Part shown: positions 53,232 to 63,983 of the stretch, in pieces | Layout of the letters: every line of letters begins with the position of its first letter | How positions within the stretch are numbered: position 1 is the stretch's first letter | Source: Andalucia godoyi And28 | Lineage: Eukaryota; Protista; Jakobida | DNA length: 64,000 nt | NCBI GenBank assembly: GCA_009859145.1 | Contig: VRVR01000024.1 | Location: 128,749-192,748 of the forward strand | Direction of reading: 5' to 3' | Notes under the pieces: model-generated | What the model was told of the DNA's origin: nothing | The model's input: only the letters and a program-made list of their open reading frames with translations | The model's database searches: none | Made by a program: the position numbers and the translations under genes

Positions 53232-55106
53232 ATGCAGAGATTGTGCCGATTTCTTCAACAAACATTTTCTAGAAGGCCAGGAAACCTTTCATACAGCTCG
53301 TCGCCCATGGATTTCACAAGAGAGAATTTCTCGGAAAGCATTCCGCTTGTCAAGATGCTGCTTGCAAAAGCAGAATATGTTGCGTTTGATTTGGAGATGA
53401 CTGGCATTTCGCTGAATACACGCGACAATGCAGAAAATGGTGCAGATTATCCAGAGCAGAGATACAGAAAAATGAGGCAAGTTGCAACCACATACTCTGT
53501 CATTCAGTTTGGAATATGCTTTTTCGTGAGGAATCCTTCTGCCGACGGCGGGTCTTCATTAGCATACACAGCGACCCCGCTCAACTTTTGGGCATATCCA
53601 GAGCAGATCAGCGAGATCAAGTACTTTCCTCGAAGAGTAATCGACGTTGGAACGAGCGTCTTTCTGAAAGACAACCACATGGATTTCCAAAAGTGGATCA
53701 CGCAGGGGATTCCGTTCCTTTCACGCCCTTATCGATTGGATTTTGAGAAATATCTGTTTAATTCTCTTGGAAATTTTGCAGATTCGCAGACCGCCATCAA
53801 TACGTACGATTCGTTTTCGTCTTTGAATGGATTCTGGAACAGTGAACAGGGTAAGGATAAGGCCGAAAAAGAGAGTTTGGTGTTATCCAAGCCGGAAGAC
53901 ATCGAAATCTTTGATGCCAGTGTCAAGGCGATTACGGAATGGGACCGGTCCTCACAGCTTGTCCTTCCAGCAGCTTCTGCATACGTGCGAAAAGCAGTGT
54001 ATGATTGGATTGAAAAAAACTGCTCCAGGTCGCAGATCAAGACCGAGAGTGTCGCTTTGGACGAGAAGATTCCGTGGCAAAAATCCATCACAATCACCGC
54101 AATAGACGAGTCGGTGCTCCGCGAAGAGCGGCTATCAATGGCTCGAAAGGCATTCGAGCAAAAGTGCGGCTTGTCGCTGATCGTGTGGCTTGTCATGCAG
54201 TCTGGAGTTCCCGTTGTGGGCCACAACTGCTTCTTTGACTGGCTGTTCACCATGAACGACTTTGAACAGCCACTTCCAGATTCACTTTCCGAATTCAAAC
54301 ACGCCTTCAGCAAGCTGGTAAAGGGTTCGGTTTTCGACACGAAACTCTTGTCCCAGGAGATCGAGCCGCTTGCAAAGGCCGGAACTGCGCTTGGTGACCT
54401 CCATCGCATCTTGCAAACGTATCAAAAAGTGCAAATCGATCCTTCATCCGCAAATCCAGAGTCCTCGTTCCCGCTCCCACCGGCGAACCTTCCCGTTGTT
54501 TCTGTCACGCTTAGCAGCTCTTATCAGTCGGAGAAATTGCATGAAGCAGCGTACGATGCATATCTGACAGGCTGCGTGTTTGCGCATCTTTCCCATCGCT
54601 TGTTCCCTGCCTTTTCCTTGTCCATATCAGATTTTCGTAACCGAATCAACATGATGCGATCTCTATTTTCTGTACAAATGGACTCCATAGATGACCCTGT
54701 GTATGAAAAGGGCACGTTGCTGTGTGTGCAGTTGAACCAAGACAAGGATACGACCACGGATCTGATCCTATCCTTCTTCGGCCAAGAAAAGAGTACCGAA
54801 ACGAGGACGATTGTCGAGCAGAAGCACGGTCGCGTGTCCCTTCGCTGGATTGACCAGTCGAGAGTAATTTTGATTTTGCACGATGTCTTACCCACTGACG
54901 AAGCCAGAATCACCCGTATTGTCGAGGAAGCTCAGCGCATCGCGGGTCCTTTGATGGCCTCCGCACGGTCGTTTGACGATTACCGTAGGGAAACGGAAGA
55001 ATCTGTCGTGCAGCGCAAGCGAACCCTCGAAGAGCAGCGTGAGCTGGAAAGATCTGCCAAGAAGAATCGAAGCCAGCCTGTGCTTGCTGCAGCGCTTCCT
55101 TTTTGA
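53232..55106 (+). CDS. PARN: Poly(A)-specific ribonuclease PARN-like (CAF1/DEDD, R3H, RRM)
   Basis: AFDLEMTGI, VIQFGIC, DFQKWITQGIPF, VVGHNCFFD, FDTK, HEAAYDAYLTG; alternative start at 53307 (MDFTRENF). Confidence 0.9.
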   Translation: MQRLCRFLQQTFSRRPGNLSYSSSPMDFTRENFSESIPLVKMLLAKAEYVAFDLEMTGISLNTRDNAENGADYPEQRYRKMRQVATTYSVIQFGICFFVRNPSADGGSSLAYTATPLNFWAYPEQISEIKYFPRRVIDVGTSVFLKDNHMDFQKWITQGIPFLSRPYRLDFEKYLFNSLGNFADSQTAINTYDSFSSLNGFWNSEQGKDKAEKESLVLSKPEDIEIFDASVKAITEWDRSSQLVLPAASAYVRKAVYDWIEKNCSRSQIKTESVALDEKIPWQKSITITAIDESVLREERLSMARKAFEQKCGLSLIVWLVMQSGVPVVGHNCFFDWLFTMNDFEQPLPDSLSEFKHAFSKLVKGSVFDTKLLSQEIEPLAKAGTALGDLHRILQTYQKVQIDPSSANPESSFPLPPANLPVVSVTLSSSYQSEKLHEAAYDAYLTGCVFAHLSHRLFPAFSLSISDFRNRINMMRSLFSVQMDSIDDPVYEKGTLLCVQLNQDKDTTTDLILSFFGQEKSTETRTIVEQKHGRVSLRWIDQSRVILILHDVLPTDEARITRIVEEAQRIAGPLMASARSFDDYRRETEESVVQRKRTLEEQRELERSAKKNRSQPVLAAALPF

Positions 55107-55245
55107 ATAGGCAAGTGCACCTTTCTCTGCAGATGAGGTCATTATGAAGTCAAGAACAATGGATTTGCTGTTTTTTTAATTTATTTTTAATTATTATTTA
55201 TTTTTAATTTAAAAATAATAATAATAATAATGAATGAATCATTAC

Positions 55246-55765
55246 TCAAGATGTTTTGGACTGCTCGAGTTTGGCCTTCTCGGATTGCTCCAAATCGTAG
55301 CTGACGCGTCGGTAGATCTGGTAAAAGCCAGTTGCAGCGACAAACACATTTACAAACAGCAAGTTGTAATTGTACGGAATGATCTGTGTGGCGTACCGAG
55401 ACCAGATTGTGCCTGTTGCAGCAAGTGCTCCGGATTGCCCAAGCGAGATGCGCTCCGGAGACCGCTTCAGATCACTCAGCCCAGCCACGACAAGCCCCCA
55501 TTTCATAGTCGGTGCCCAGAAAAACACTGTTTAATGGTATCTCACCATCCATCCGTGAAGAGGAGAGGGAGGAAAAACAGTAAAGATCAAGATGCACACA
55601 TGAAGAAGGAATTCCCAAAATGGTTCCAATTTTGAAGAACGAGAAGAGGAAATGAAAATGGAAAGAAAAAAACACGCACACAAAACCCCAAATAAATAAC
55701 CACATACCTGTCTTTGGGCCCGCTGGATGATTCCACAGATTCCGCAACTTTTGTGAAAACGACAT
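55246..55765 (-). CDS. MPC2: Mitochondrial pyruvate carrier 2; exons 55708-55765 and 55246-55526
   Basis: WNHPAGPKT joined via a GTATGT...ACAG intron (55527-55707) to VFFWAPTMKWGLVVAGLSD, GTIWSRYA..I.PYNYNL. Confidence 0.95.
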
Positions 55766-56197
55766 GTCTGTGGTTTTCCCTTCTTTTTTCCCTTCTTCTT
55801 TCTCTCACTCACTCTTTGTAATGATGTCAAACAGAAGGATTCAAGGAAGCGCTTTCCTTATGAACGCATCCAATGAAAAGATGCCCTCGTTTAATTGTCC
55901 CGACGATTGCGTTCAGCACTGCAGGTGGCCTCGATTGATGCTTTGAATTCCCGCTTTCACCCAATTCATTCGTTTGCACGACTTTGAGCTCGCGTGGGTT
56001 TGCGTGTTTTTTCAAATATAAAATATTATTATTTCTGAAGCGGTGCGCAAAAAAAAATAAGCAATCGAGTTGAACAGTATTACTTGGGGTGAGTGAGTGA
56101 GTGCGTGACATAAGAAGAAGAAGAGGAAGAAGAAGAAGAAGAGGAAGAAGAAGAAGAAGAGGAAGAAGGAAGAAGGAAAGAAGGAAAGAAGAATAGA

Positions 56198-57826
56198 ATG
56201 CAAGATTGTGATTATGTGGAGGTTTTTGATCCACTTGTTCCTGTTCGCATTGGAATTGAGCTTCCGGACGGCAACCACCTTTCGGATGCCTTTTTGTTTG
56301 ATACGTCAGTATCGGATGATCTGGCGGGCGAGATTGTGTCGATGGCGTTGTCGCTTGCGCGGGACCATGGACTTCCGTCGACGTTTGTCGGAGTGCTCTC
56401 GGAGTGCATTGCTCACCAAACAGAGTTCTGGAGGCCCTTATGCTCGACATCGGTGCCTCGAGAAGGCTCCGTTGTTGATCTAAGGCTACAAGTACGTGTA
56501 GACGACGCGATTTATAATGACAGAATCGAGTGGGACCTTGCCAATGGCCCCGAGGCGGTGGACTTGTTCGTGGACCAGATGGCTCGGGACTTTGCTCTCG
56601 ATACGCGCTGGGCCTGTGCTATTGCAATTCATTTACGCGAGAAGATTCTGGAGGCTAAACGACAACTTCGGGATGGCGGAGTTCGGTTCATCAGACAGAA
56701 GGGTGGCGCCGCTGCGGCGTTGACAAGGGACGAGTGGGTTCGTGAGCCTCTTGTTGCGCTGGATTGGTCTGCACAGATCAAGAAGCTTACAGACCGCGAG
56801 CTTCGCAAATGGGAGCAGGATGTTTTGCGCGAAGAACGGGCAAGAAGAAGGAAGCTGGCTTCTGGGCCGCAGGGTGTGTCCACGGTGAATGGAATCAGCG
56901 TTGCGTCTGCGGGATATGGATCAGGGGTTGGGGTAGGTGCTGCCTCGGATGCAGCGTATCTCCCACCGGGCATCATTTGCGACGAAGGGATGGCGAATCC
57001 GAGAGTGGTACTGTATGCGGGATCGACGGTCCGAACACCGGCTACGCAATTCTTGCTGCAGGCATCCTCTGCAGGTGGACTGGAAGGACTTTCACAGCAG
57101 TCAGGCTCTCAGAACGCACAGATGCAGTCGTCTGCACTTGGGTCCGGGCTTACGAGAGCCGCCGCCCAGGCTGCACAAGCCCTGCTGACTGCGGGAAGCC
57201 AGAATCAGTACCAGACCAGTGCAAACATGAATCCACATGCACCTGCCGCCCTCGGGGGCTGGGCCTCGACGGGTGCTTCAGTCCCGGTGTATGCAGACGG
57301 CCGGCCGCTTCCGTCGAACGCGGCTGTGATGATCCGATCTGGATTTGCATCGACGACTCGGACCCCAGCTGTGTATGATGGTCCTCTTATTTCCATGGGC
57401 GTTGGATCCACAATGGCGAATCCAATGCTGCATCCCTCCATGATCTCCGCACTTGGAGTCAAACCTGGACACGGTTACATGGTTGATGCAAAGATGATTC
57501 CGATCACTCATATCCTCTCAACCATCAAGAATATCCAGCAAGCGTCTGCTTCTGTCGCTGCCCAGCAAGCTCTTGCCGTCGCACTCACCGCAGCCGTTAC
57601 TGCTGCCCCAACTCCCGCACCACCTACAAGGGCATTCCAGGACAAAAAGGCACATGGACAAAAAGTGCTGCACGCTGCAGTGGCAAAGTACAGAGCACAG
57701 AATCCGCACCTCAGCTATGCAATGGCGACAACAGAATTCACAGGAAGAATCAAGACAGGTTCGTTGCGATGGGGCGACTACTCGGAGCAAGAATGCCCTC
57801 TCCGAATGGATATTAAAAAACCGTAA
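56198..57826 (+). CDS. SNF5/SMARCB1-family chromatin-remodelling subunit with long low-complexity C-terminus
   Basis: LVPVRIGIEL...LSDAFLFD (repeat 1), LRLQVRVD...YNDRIEWDL...FVDQMARDFAL (repeat 2). Confidence 0.8.
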   Translation: MQDCDYVEVFDPLVPVRIGIELPDGNHLSDAFLFDTSVSDDLAGEIVSMALSLARDHGLPSTFVGVLSECIAHQTEFWRPLCSTSVPREGSVVDLRLQVRVDDAIYNDRIEWDLANGPEAVDLFVDQMARDFALDTRWACAIAIHLREKILEAKRQLRDGGVRFIRQKGGAAAALTRDEWVREPLVALDWSAQIKKLTDRELRKWEQDVLREERARRRKLASGPQGVSTVNGISVASAGYGSGVGVGAASDAAYLPPGIICDEGMANPRVVLYAGSTVRTPATQFLLQASSAGGLEGLSQQSGSQNAQMQSSALGSGLTRAAAQAAQALLTAGSQNQYQTSANMNPHAPAALGGWASTGASVPVYADGRPLPSNAAVMIRSGFASTTRTPAVYDGPLISMGVGSTMANPMLHPSMISALGVKPGHGYMVDAKMIPITHILSTIKNIQQASASVAAQQALAVALTAAVTAAPTPAPPTRAFQDKKAHGQKVLHAAVAKYRAQNPHLSYAMATTEFTGRIKTGSLRWGDYSEQECPLRMDIKKP

Positions 57827-58051
57827 GTCCATAAATCCACAAAGCTAGCATGAGTCATGAAGAACCAAAACATTGCGCAAGCATGAAAGAGGACGTCCAA
57901 TTCATACTGAAAATACAATTCTTCCACGGTCTTTTGATTTTCAGTCATAAGCATTTCCCCACTATCATTGCTACTTTTTTTCTGTTTTTTCTCTTTGATT
58001 TTCTTTGATTTTCTTTGTTTGAATTCACCGTTCTTGGAAACTGTTGGTGAG

Positions 58052-60643
58052 ATGCATGTGCTTGGGGTACAATTCCTATTTGGTCTGAGCTGTCTCGTTG
58101 CGGTTGCGGTTGCGGTTGTGGTTGCGGCTGCGGCTGATGTTCCTGTATATTCAGTGTCAAATCTGCAACAAACGGATTCTGGAATTACGGCAACGTTGAC
58201 GCTGAAATCCGGGACAAAAGGTCCCTATGGTTCGGATATCGCAAATTTAAACTTGCAAATCTTCTTTGAAACCGTCAATCGCGTCCATTTGAAGATCACC
58301 GATGCTGAAAAGACGCGATGGGAAGTTCCGTATGTGGTAATGCCGGAATCGCTGGAGCAACGAACGACTGCGGAAACCGCAAATTACAAGGTTGTGATTT
58401 CCAATGATCCATTTGCATTCCAGATTATTCGTGGCTCAGACGAAGAGGTCGTCTTTGATACGAATTCGTTTGCGTTTGTGTTTGAGGACCAGTATCTCTC
58501 GCTCACGACCCACTTGCCCAACAATCCGCATGTTTACGGACTCGGTGAGCGCATTCATCCATTCCATTTGAACAACAATGACTTTACATACACAATGTTT
58601 TCACAGGACCTGCCGTCTCCTCCGGACGTTAACATTTACGGAGTTCATCCATTTTACATGGAGTACAGAAATGGGAAATCCCACGGTGTGTTCTTGTTGA
58701 ATTCCAACGCCATGGACGTAACAGTCCGTTCTTCTTCGCTCGAGTATCGCACAATCGGCGGAGTGTTTGATTTTTACTTTTTTATGGGCCCAGATCCCGA
58801 GGCTGTGGTCCAGCAGTACCAAGAAGTCATTGGAAAGCCATTTCTGCCTCCAGCCTGGGTATGTGGGTTCCAGCAGTCTCGTTATGGATACCAAAACATC
58901 CAAGAGCTGTTTGATGTGGTTGGAAACTACTCGCTGAACGGCCTTCCCCTTAATGTCATGTATTCCGACATTGACTATATGGACGCATATAAGGACTTTA
59001 CGTGGGATCCCGTGCGCTATCCCCTGGATCGCATCCAGCAGTTTTCGAAGTTGTTGCATTCCAAGGACATGCAGTACGTTACAATCGTGGATCCAGGCAT
59101 CCACAACGAGCAAGGATACGAGCCGTATGATTCAGGGCTTCAGCAAGGAGTGTTTGTCATGAGGAGCGAGGTGGAACAGCCGGACATTGGAAAGGTCTGG
59201 CCTGGCACTACGGCGTTTCCAGACTTCTTAAAGAAACAGACTCCGCAGTGGTGGACGTCGCACATTGCAAAGTTCGTGAATGATGCTGGTGGAATTGATG
59301 GAATCTGGTGCGATATGAATGAGGTGTCGTCAGAGTATTTGGTGCCAGACTGCAAGTTCAAACAGATTGGCGAGTTCAATCCCGAGCATCCTCCATTCCG
59401 TCCGGGTCTCTCGCCGCTCAGCTCACGGACTCTGTGCATGTCCGATCGCGTGGGAAACAACAATACCGAACTGATGTACAACTACCATTCGTTCTATGGG
59501 TTTACGGAGGCGATGGCCACGGCAAATGCGCTGATCGAAACGAAGGGCACCCGACCGTTTGTGCTGTCACGTTCCTCCTTTGCTGGCCATGGCCATCATG
59601 CGGCCCATTGGCTGGGTGATAACTGGTCAACATACCGGTCCATGAAAGAGTCTGTTTCTGGAGTTCTTAACTTCAACCTGTTCGGAGTCCCGGTTGTCGG
59701 TGCGGATATTTGCGGTTTCATGTTGGACACGACTCCCGAATTGTGTGCGAGATGGATGGCTCTTGGATCGTTCTATGTGTTTTCACGGAACCACAACATG
59801 AAGGGTCGCAAGCCGCAGGAACCGTATTTGCTTGGCCCTGAAGTCCTCGACGTGTCCAGAAAAGTGCTGTTGAATCGCTTGGCGTTGACTCCCTATCTAT
59901 ATTCACAGTTGTACCGTGTGCATTTGTTTGGTGGAACGATTTCCCGAGCAATGTTCCACGAGTTTCCCGGGGATGTCTCTGTCACTGCAGATCTTCCGTA
60001 TATGGATGAACAATTCATGTATGGCGCCGCGCTGCTCGTCAGTCCGGTTTTTCAGGAGGGAGCAGATTCAAAGCGAACGTACATCCCTCCAGGCCGGTGG
60101 TTTGACTACTGGACTGGGGTGTCTGTGGCAAACGGCGCGACTGGAGCCTATCAAATCCTTCCTGCCAGCCTCACCGAAGTTCCCGTCCCGGTTCTTATTC
60201 GCGGTGGATTCATCGTACCCCGCCAGCTTCCCGGCATGACTGTTGCCGAAACGGTTTCCAATCCCTTTGATTTCCAGATCGCGCTGGACAGCTCTGGAAA
60301 CGCCAGAGGCGAAGTGTACATGGACGACGGCCTGGCGCTTGACTCCGCAACTGCGTCCAAGTATTCGCATCTTGTCTTATCCGCCACGTCTGTGGACGAG
60401 GGTCGCTATGGCTCGCTGACTTCTTCCTTTGACTTGAAGGGATACGCCTCCGCTCTTGGCAGCGTTCTTGGATCCGTCACGATTCTTGGTTCGCAGTGCA
60501 CGACTTCGTCTATCCTCATGTCCGCTAACGGCAAGGACATTTCCAAGTTGGCCGTCGTGAACGTTGCGGCCTCCACAATCTCGGTGTCTGGTTTGCAACT
60601 TCCGCTCGGAGTTTCCACGAAGATTTCATGGAAGTGCACGTGA
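58052..60643 (+). CDS. Glycoside hydrolase family 31 alpha-glucosidase (secreted or lysosomal)
   Basis: Signal peptide from MHVLGVQF; YGLGE, YGVHPFY, DIDYMD, IVDPG, GIWCDMNE (nucleophile), HWLGDN (acid/base), VGADICGF, FSRNHN. Confidence 0.96.
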   Translation: MHVLGVQFLFGLSCLVAVAVAVVVAAAADVPVYSVSNLQQTDSGITATLTLKSGTKGPYGSDIANLNLQIFFETVNRVHLKITDAEKTRWEVPYVVMPESLEQRTTAETANYKVVISNDPFAFQIIRGSDEEVVFDTNSFAFVFEDQYLSLTTHLPNNPHVYGLGERIHPFHLNNNDFTYTMFSQDLPSPPDVNIYGVHPFYMEYRNGKSHGVFLLNSNAMDVTVRSSSLEYRTIGGVFDFYFFMGPDPEAVVQQYQEVIGKPFLPPAWVCGFQQSRYGYQNIQELFDVVGNYSLNGLPLNVMYSDIDYMDAYKDFTWDPVRYPLDRIQQFSKLLHSKDMQYVTIVDPGIHNEQGYEPYDSGLQQGVFVMRSEVEQPDIGKVWPGTTAFPDFLKKQTPQWWTSHIAKFVNDAGGIDGIWCDMNEVSSEYLVPDCKFKQIGEFNPEHPPFRPGLSPLSSRTLCMSDRVGNNNTELMYNYHSFYGFTEAMATANALIETKGTRPFVLSRSSFAGHGHHAAHWLGDNWSTYRSMKESVSGVLNFNLFGVPVVGADICGFMLDTTPELCARWMALGSFYVFSRNHNMKGRKPQEPYLLGPEVLDVSRKVLLNRLALTPYLYSQLYRVHLFGGTISRAMFHEFPGDVSVTADLPYMDEQFMYGAALLVSPVFQEGADSKRTYIPPGRWFDYWTGVSVANGATGAYQILPASLTEVPVPVLIRGGFIVPRQLPGMTVAETVSNPFDFQIALDSSGNARGEVYMDDGLALDSATASKYSHLVLSATSVDEGRYGSLTSSFDLKGYASALGSVLGSVTILGSQCTTSSILMSANGKDISKLAVVNVAASTISVSGLQLPLGVSTKISWKCT

Positions 60644-60815
60644 GACGCCCACCCATGACATGATGCAATAATAGATGTACGCTAGATACAATGTTTTTTA
60701 TTTTTATTTTTACTTACTTATTTTTTGTTTTTGTTTTGTGATTGGCTTCTACTACCTATTGTCATCGTCGTCATCATTGTTATTTGCGTTCTTGCGTTAT
60801 TTTACTGCATACTGA

Positions 60816-62543
60816 TCAACCGTCGCTCCAATCGGAATCCTCATCATCGTGTCGCTTCTTCTTGGACACGATTGTCGCAGCAATCGCTGCTGCACTTCCA
60901 GGTTGGGCAGGGGGCTGTGCTGGTGGTGGTGGCGCTGCGGGTTTGGGAGCCGGCATTTCAGGCGCTTTTGCATCGTCCGAGACGGCTGCTGCCATGGCCG
61001 CGGCAGCGCTCTTCTTCTTGTCCTTCACTTCATCGCCACCTGCAATACCTCGGCGACGCATCGTGAGCTTGGACCGAAGGTCAGACATGAAGTCACCTCC
61101 GCCTCCGCCTCCTTTGCCCTTCGACTCGGACCTTTCTGCAGACCCATCCTCGTCTTCGTCCTTTTTCTTCTCGGCAGCTTTTCGCAGCTTGAGTTTTGGA
61201 TTTCTGATGGCTTCCAGCAACGCAGACCGAGAGTCACCATCGCCGTCGTCGCCTCCAGAGGCTGCAGCAGAAGCCGCTGGTGCTGCGGCCTGTGAAGCAC
61301 CGGGAGGCGGAGGAGGAGGAGCCTTTCCACCGGGGGGTGGTGGTGGTGGAGGAGGAGGAGGTGGTGGTGGTGGTGCTTTCCCACCGGATGCAGGAGGCGG
61401 TGGCGGTGGCGGTGGCGGTGGAGGCGGAGGAGCACCGGCTGCCATTGGTGGAGGAAGTGGTGGAGGAGCAAACCCAGCGGAGGCACCCGAAGTGGAGGAC
61501 GACGAAGGTATTGGCATTTCCGGGACCAAAGACAACGTCGGGAGTGCAGCGAGAACTTCAGATGGTGCGATTGGATCGTCACCGGCACCAAGCGCCCAAG
61601 CAATTTCAGCGACATTGTCCAAGTTCGGGAGCGATGTGGGAAGTCCGAATTGCGGGACTGGTCCCAAACGAGGCTTGTAGCTGTATTCAATACCCGAGTA
61701 TTGAGGAAGCTCGTCTCCTTGAAGAACAGACACTGGGGCTTGGGGGAGTGTGAATCCGAGACCAAGGCCAAGTCCATCTGCACCTTCTCCGTTATCGTTG
61801 CCGTCGTCCTGATTGAGATCACCAAGTGTAACATACACGCGGTACGGATTTTCCAATGAATTGAACAGCAACAGAGAGGACACAGACGGCAAGTGATCCG
61901 GGAGTCTTCCAAGACCCTCTGCTCTTGTCTCTGCGGCAGACGCAGCAGAAACCACGCATGCCTTCGCATAGTCCGCTTCGGTTTGCGAGTAATTCGCAAG
62001 TGGATCGAGCGTCTTCGCTTGCACAACCTCGTCGTTGGACATCGTAATAGACGCAATTTGCTCTGGGGGGACATTTGTCCACGCATACGGGCTCCAATCA
62101 TGACTGAACGCCCCGGTTCCGTTCAAACTATCGTCAAACTCCCTCCGAGACGTATTGTACTGGCCTGCGGAAAGAGGTGGTCTAGCATTCCCAGCGTTCG
62201 CTGACGTGTTCATAAACACAGAAACCGGGGTTTGTATGTCAATCAGCGGTGAAAACGACTTGGAAAGCGACAGTGAAGAAACGGGAAACTTTGGAGGAGA
62301 GAAAATGGTGACCGCTTTGCTGGATCCCTTCAGAGCACCTACCTTTGCCTGAGCATTTGCGACACGCGACCGCACAGCCTGCATTCTGTTCCTGCAATCT
62401 GTAACTCGTGCTGTCAATGACGAAAATACAGTGTTTGAAACACGTTCGAGCTCTGCGATGGAGTCCAGCATGTGACTTAGACTCACCGCAGAGTCAAAAG
62501 CTGGCCCAGCCAGCGGCACACACAGCGGTGCGCCAAACGGCAT
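60816..62543 (-). CDS. WASHC1: WASH complex subunit 1 (Arp2/3 activator)
   Basis: WHD region (SVSSLLLFNSLENPY, YSYKP..GPVP.F.LP..LP.L), polyproline tract, WH2 (RSALLEAIR), connector (FMSDLRSKLTMRRRGI), acidic tail with W. Confidence 0.93.
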   Translation of the reverse strand: MPFGAPLCVPLAGPAFDSAVSLSHMLDSIAELERVSNTVFSSLTARVTDCRNRMQAVRSRVANAQAKVGALKGSSKAVTIFSPPKFPVSSLSLSKSFSPLIDIQTPVSVFMNTSANAGNARPPLSAGQYNTSRREFDDSLNGTGAFSHDWSPYAWTNVPPEQIASITMSNDEVVQAKTLDPLANYSQTEADYAKACVVSAASAAETRAEGLGRLPDHLPSVSSLLLFNSLENPYRVYVTLGDLNQDDGNDNGEGADGLGLGLGFTLPQAPVSVLQGDELPQYSGIEYSYKPRLGPVPQFGLPTSLPNLDNVAEIAWALGAGDDPIAPSEVLAALPTLSLVPEMPIPSSSSTSGASAGFAPPPLPPPMAAGAPPPPPPPPPPPPPASGGKAPPPPPPPPPPPPPPGGKAPPPPPPGASQAAAPAASAAASGGDDGDGDSRSALLEAIRNPKLKLRKAAEKKKDEDEDGSAERSESKGKGGGGGGDFMSDLRSKLTMRRRGIAGGDEVKDKKKSAAAAMAAAVSDDAKAPEMPAPKPAAPPPPAQPPAQPGSAAAIAATIVSKKKRHDDEDSDWSDG

Positions 62544-63123
62544 GGTAGTTTGCTTTCTAGCTTTCTAGGTTTCTAGCTTTCCTGCGTTCTTGCTTTCTTG
62601 AATCCGCGCGGGAAATCCCAAGAAATGATCACTAGACCGAATACGTAATAAAGAACAAGTATTCGAAGAGAAGAAAAAAGGACAGAAATAATAATAATAA
62701 TATATACATGTATTAATGAGAATCCGATTAAAAAAACACTCCGCATGAGAGAGCCAAAAAGCCATGCAAAAAGAAGCTGGTTCAAACCCTCAATAACCCT
62801 AAAGAATTGCGGACTGTCGGATGATTTTTCATTTGAGGAGGAAATAAATTGCCCGAAAAGTCCGTTCGTTTGTCCTTGCTTGTCGAATGATCACCACCAT
62901 TCGAGACAAATATAGACTCTCGCAGCATTGCTGATCTGTGGATTCGCATGTCGTCTGTTTCTGCGGTATGTAAGGGGGATGGTTTACCAGGTTTTCATTC
63001 TGCGCAACTGGATTGCGGTGGAGAACCATGCGTAGTTTTCAAAGAGGATCCGACTTCGTCCTTTACTGTTTTTTTATTAAATGTTCTCTTGTAATCGCAG
63101 GAATTGGTTCTGGTTGCGCATTA

Positions 63124-63983
63124 CGCCTACATTACACACTGAATATGCATATATATACGAATAGACATGCATATTCAGTCTTGCATCCCGTCGCCGGAAA
63201 GGGGATAGGCCCCCCAACACGCCTCACGGTGTTCTTCAGATAGATGTTCCGCGCTCCGTTCCCAATCTCGATCAATCTGTGAGCCACTTTCTCGGCGTGA
63301 CACGCCGTTCCTGAGAAGGGTGCATTTTGAGTCTGGCGGCCCTAGCAGCAGGCGCTCTCGTGTCCTCAGTTGCAGCGCGATTGATGCACCTGGAGATACG
63401 AGAGGAAGAGGCGGTAGGAAGACGGTGGGGTTTTGCGACTGCGACTGCGCCTGGGTGCATCGTAGCAGAAAAACAAGAGTTCTGCAAGAGACGGTCCCTG
63501 AGGCTTCTGCTTGGGGTTGGCTGCCCTGCGTGCTGGGGATTGGAGATCGTGTCTTGGAAGTTCGCCTCTTGGCAGTGCGCTGAACGAATGATGGAATAGA
63601 TGGCCACGGATGCTGCGTTAAATAGCGTCGAAAATGCGGAGCCTGTGTCACAGGTCGCGTCTGTTTATGTGTACTTTCGTATGCATGACAATGGCGTGTT
63701 ATTATTCATCGGCTAAACTGTCACCGACGACAGATCCAAGAACACATGTTTTTATTTTAACTTGGGGCGAGCACCAACTCTTCAATGCAGATTGCTGGTC
63801 ATCGCAATCGACATATTCCCCAATCGATTCATCATTCAAAATGAACGCTGGAGAAAAGAGAATCAGGTCGGCGGTGGGACACATTGCGCCTGATGACGCA
63901 TTTTCCTTTGCTCCTTCTTGTTCTCTGACTTGAGAGCGCATTCCGAACGCAAATCAATCACTTCTTCGTGATTTGATGATCAT
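63124..63983 (-). mobile_element. Copy B (longest) of dispersed repeat family
   Basis: Inverted near-identical copy of 26734-27462; carries the GGGGGCCTATCCCC hairpin, a perfect 13-bp subterminal hairpin (actgaatatgcat/atgcatattcagt) and terminal taatgtaggcg. Confidence 0.85.

Noticed and set aside
21005-62543. Apparent functional clustering (ARPC3 with WASH1; GCN5, SIN3, SNF5; several ciliary genes)
   Set aside because: The genes are tens of kb apart and interspersed with unrelated genes; expected by chance at this gene density.
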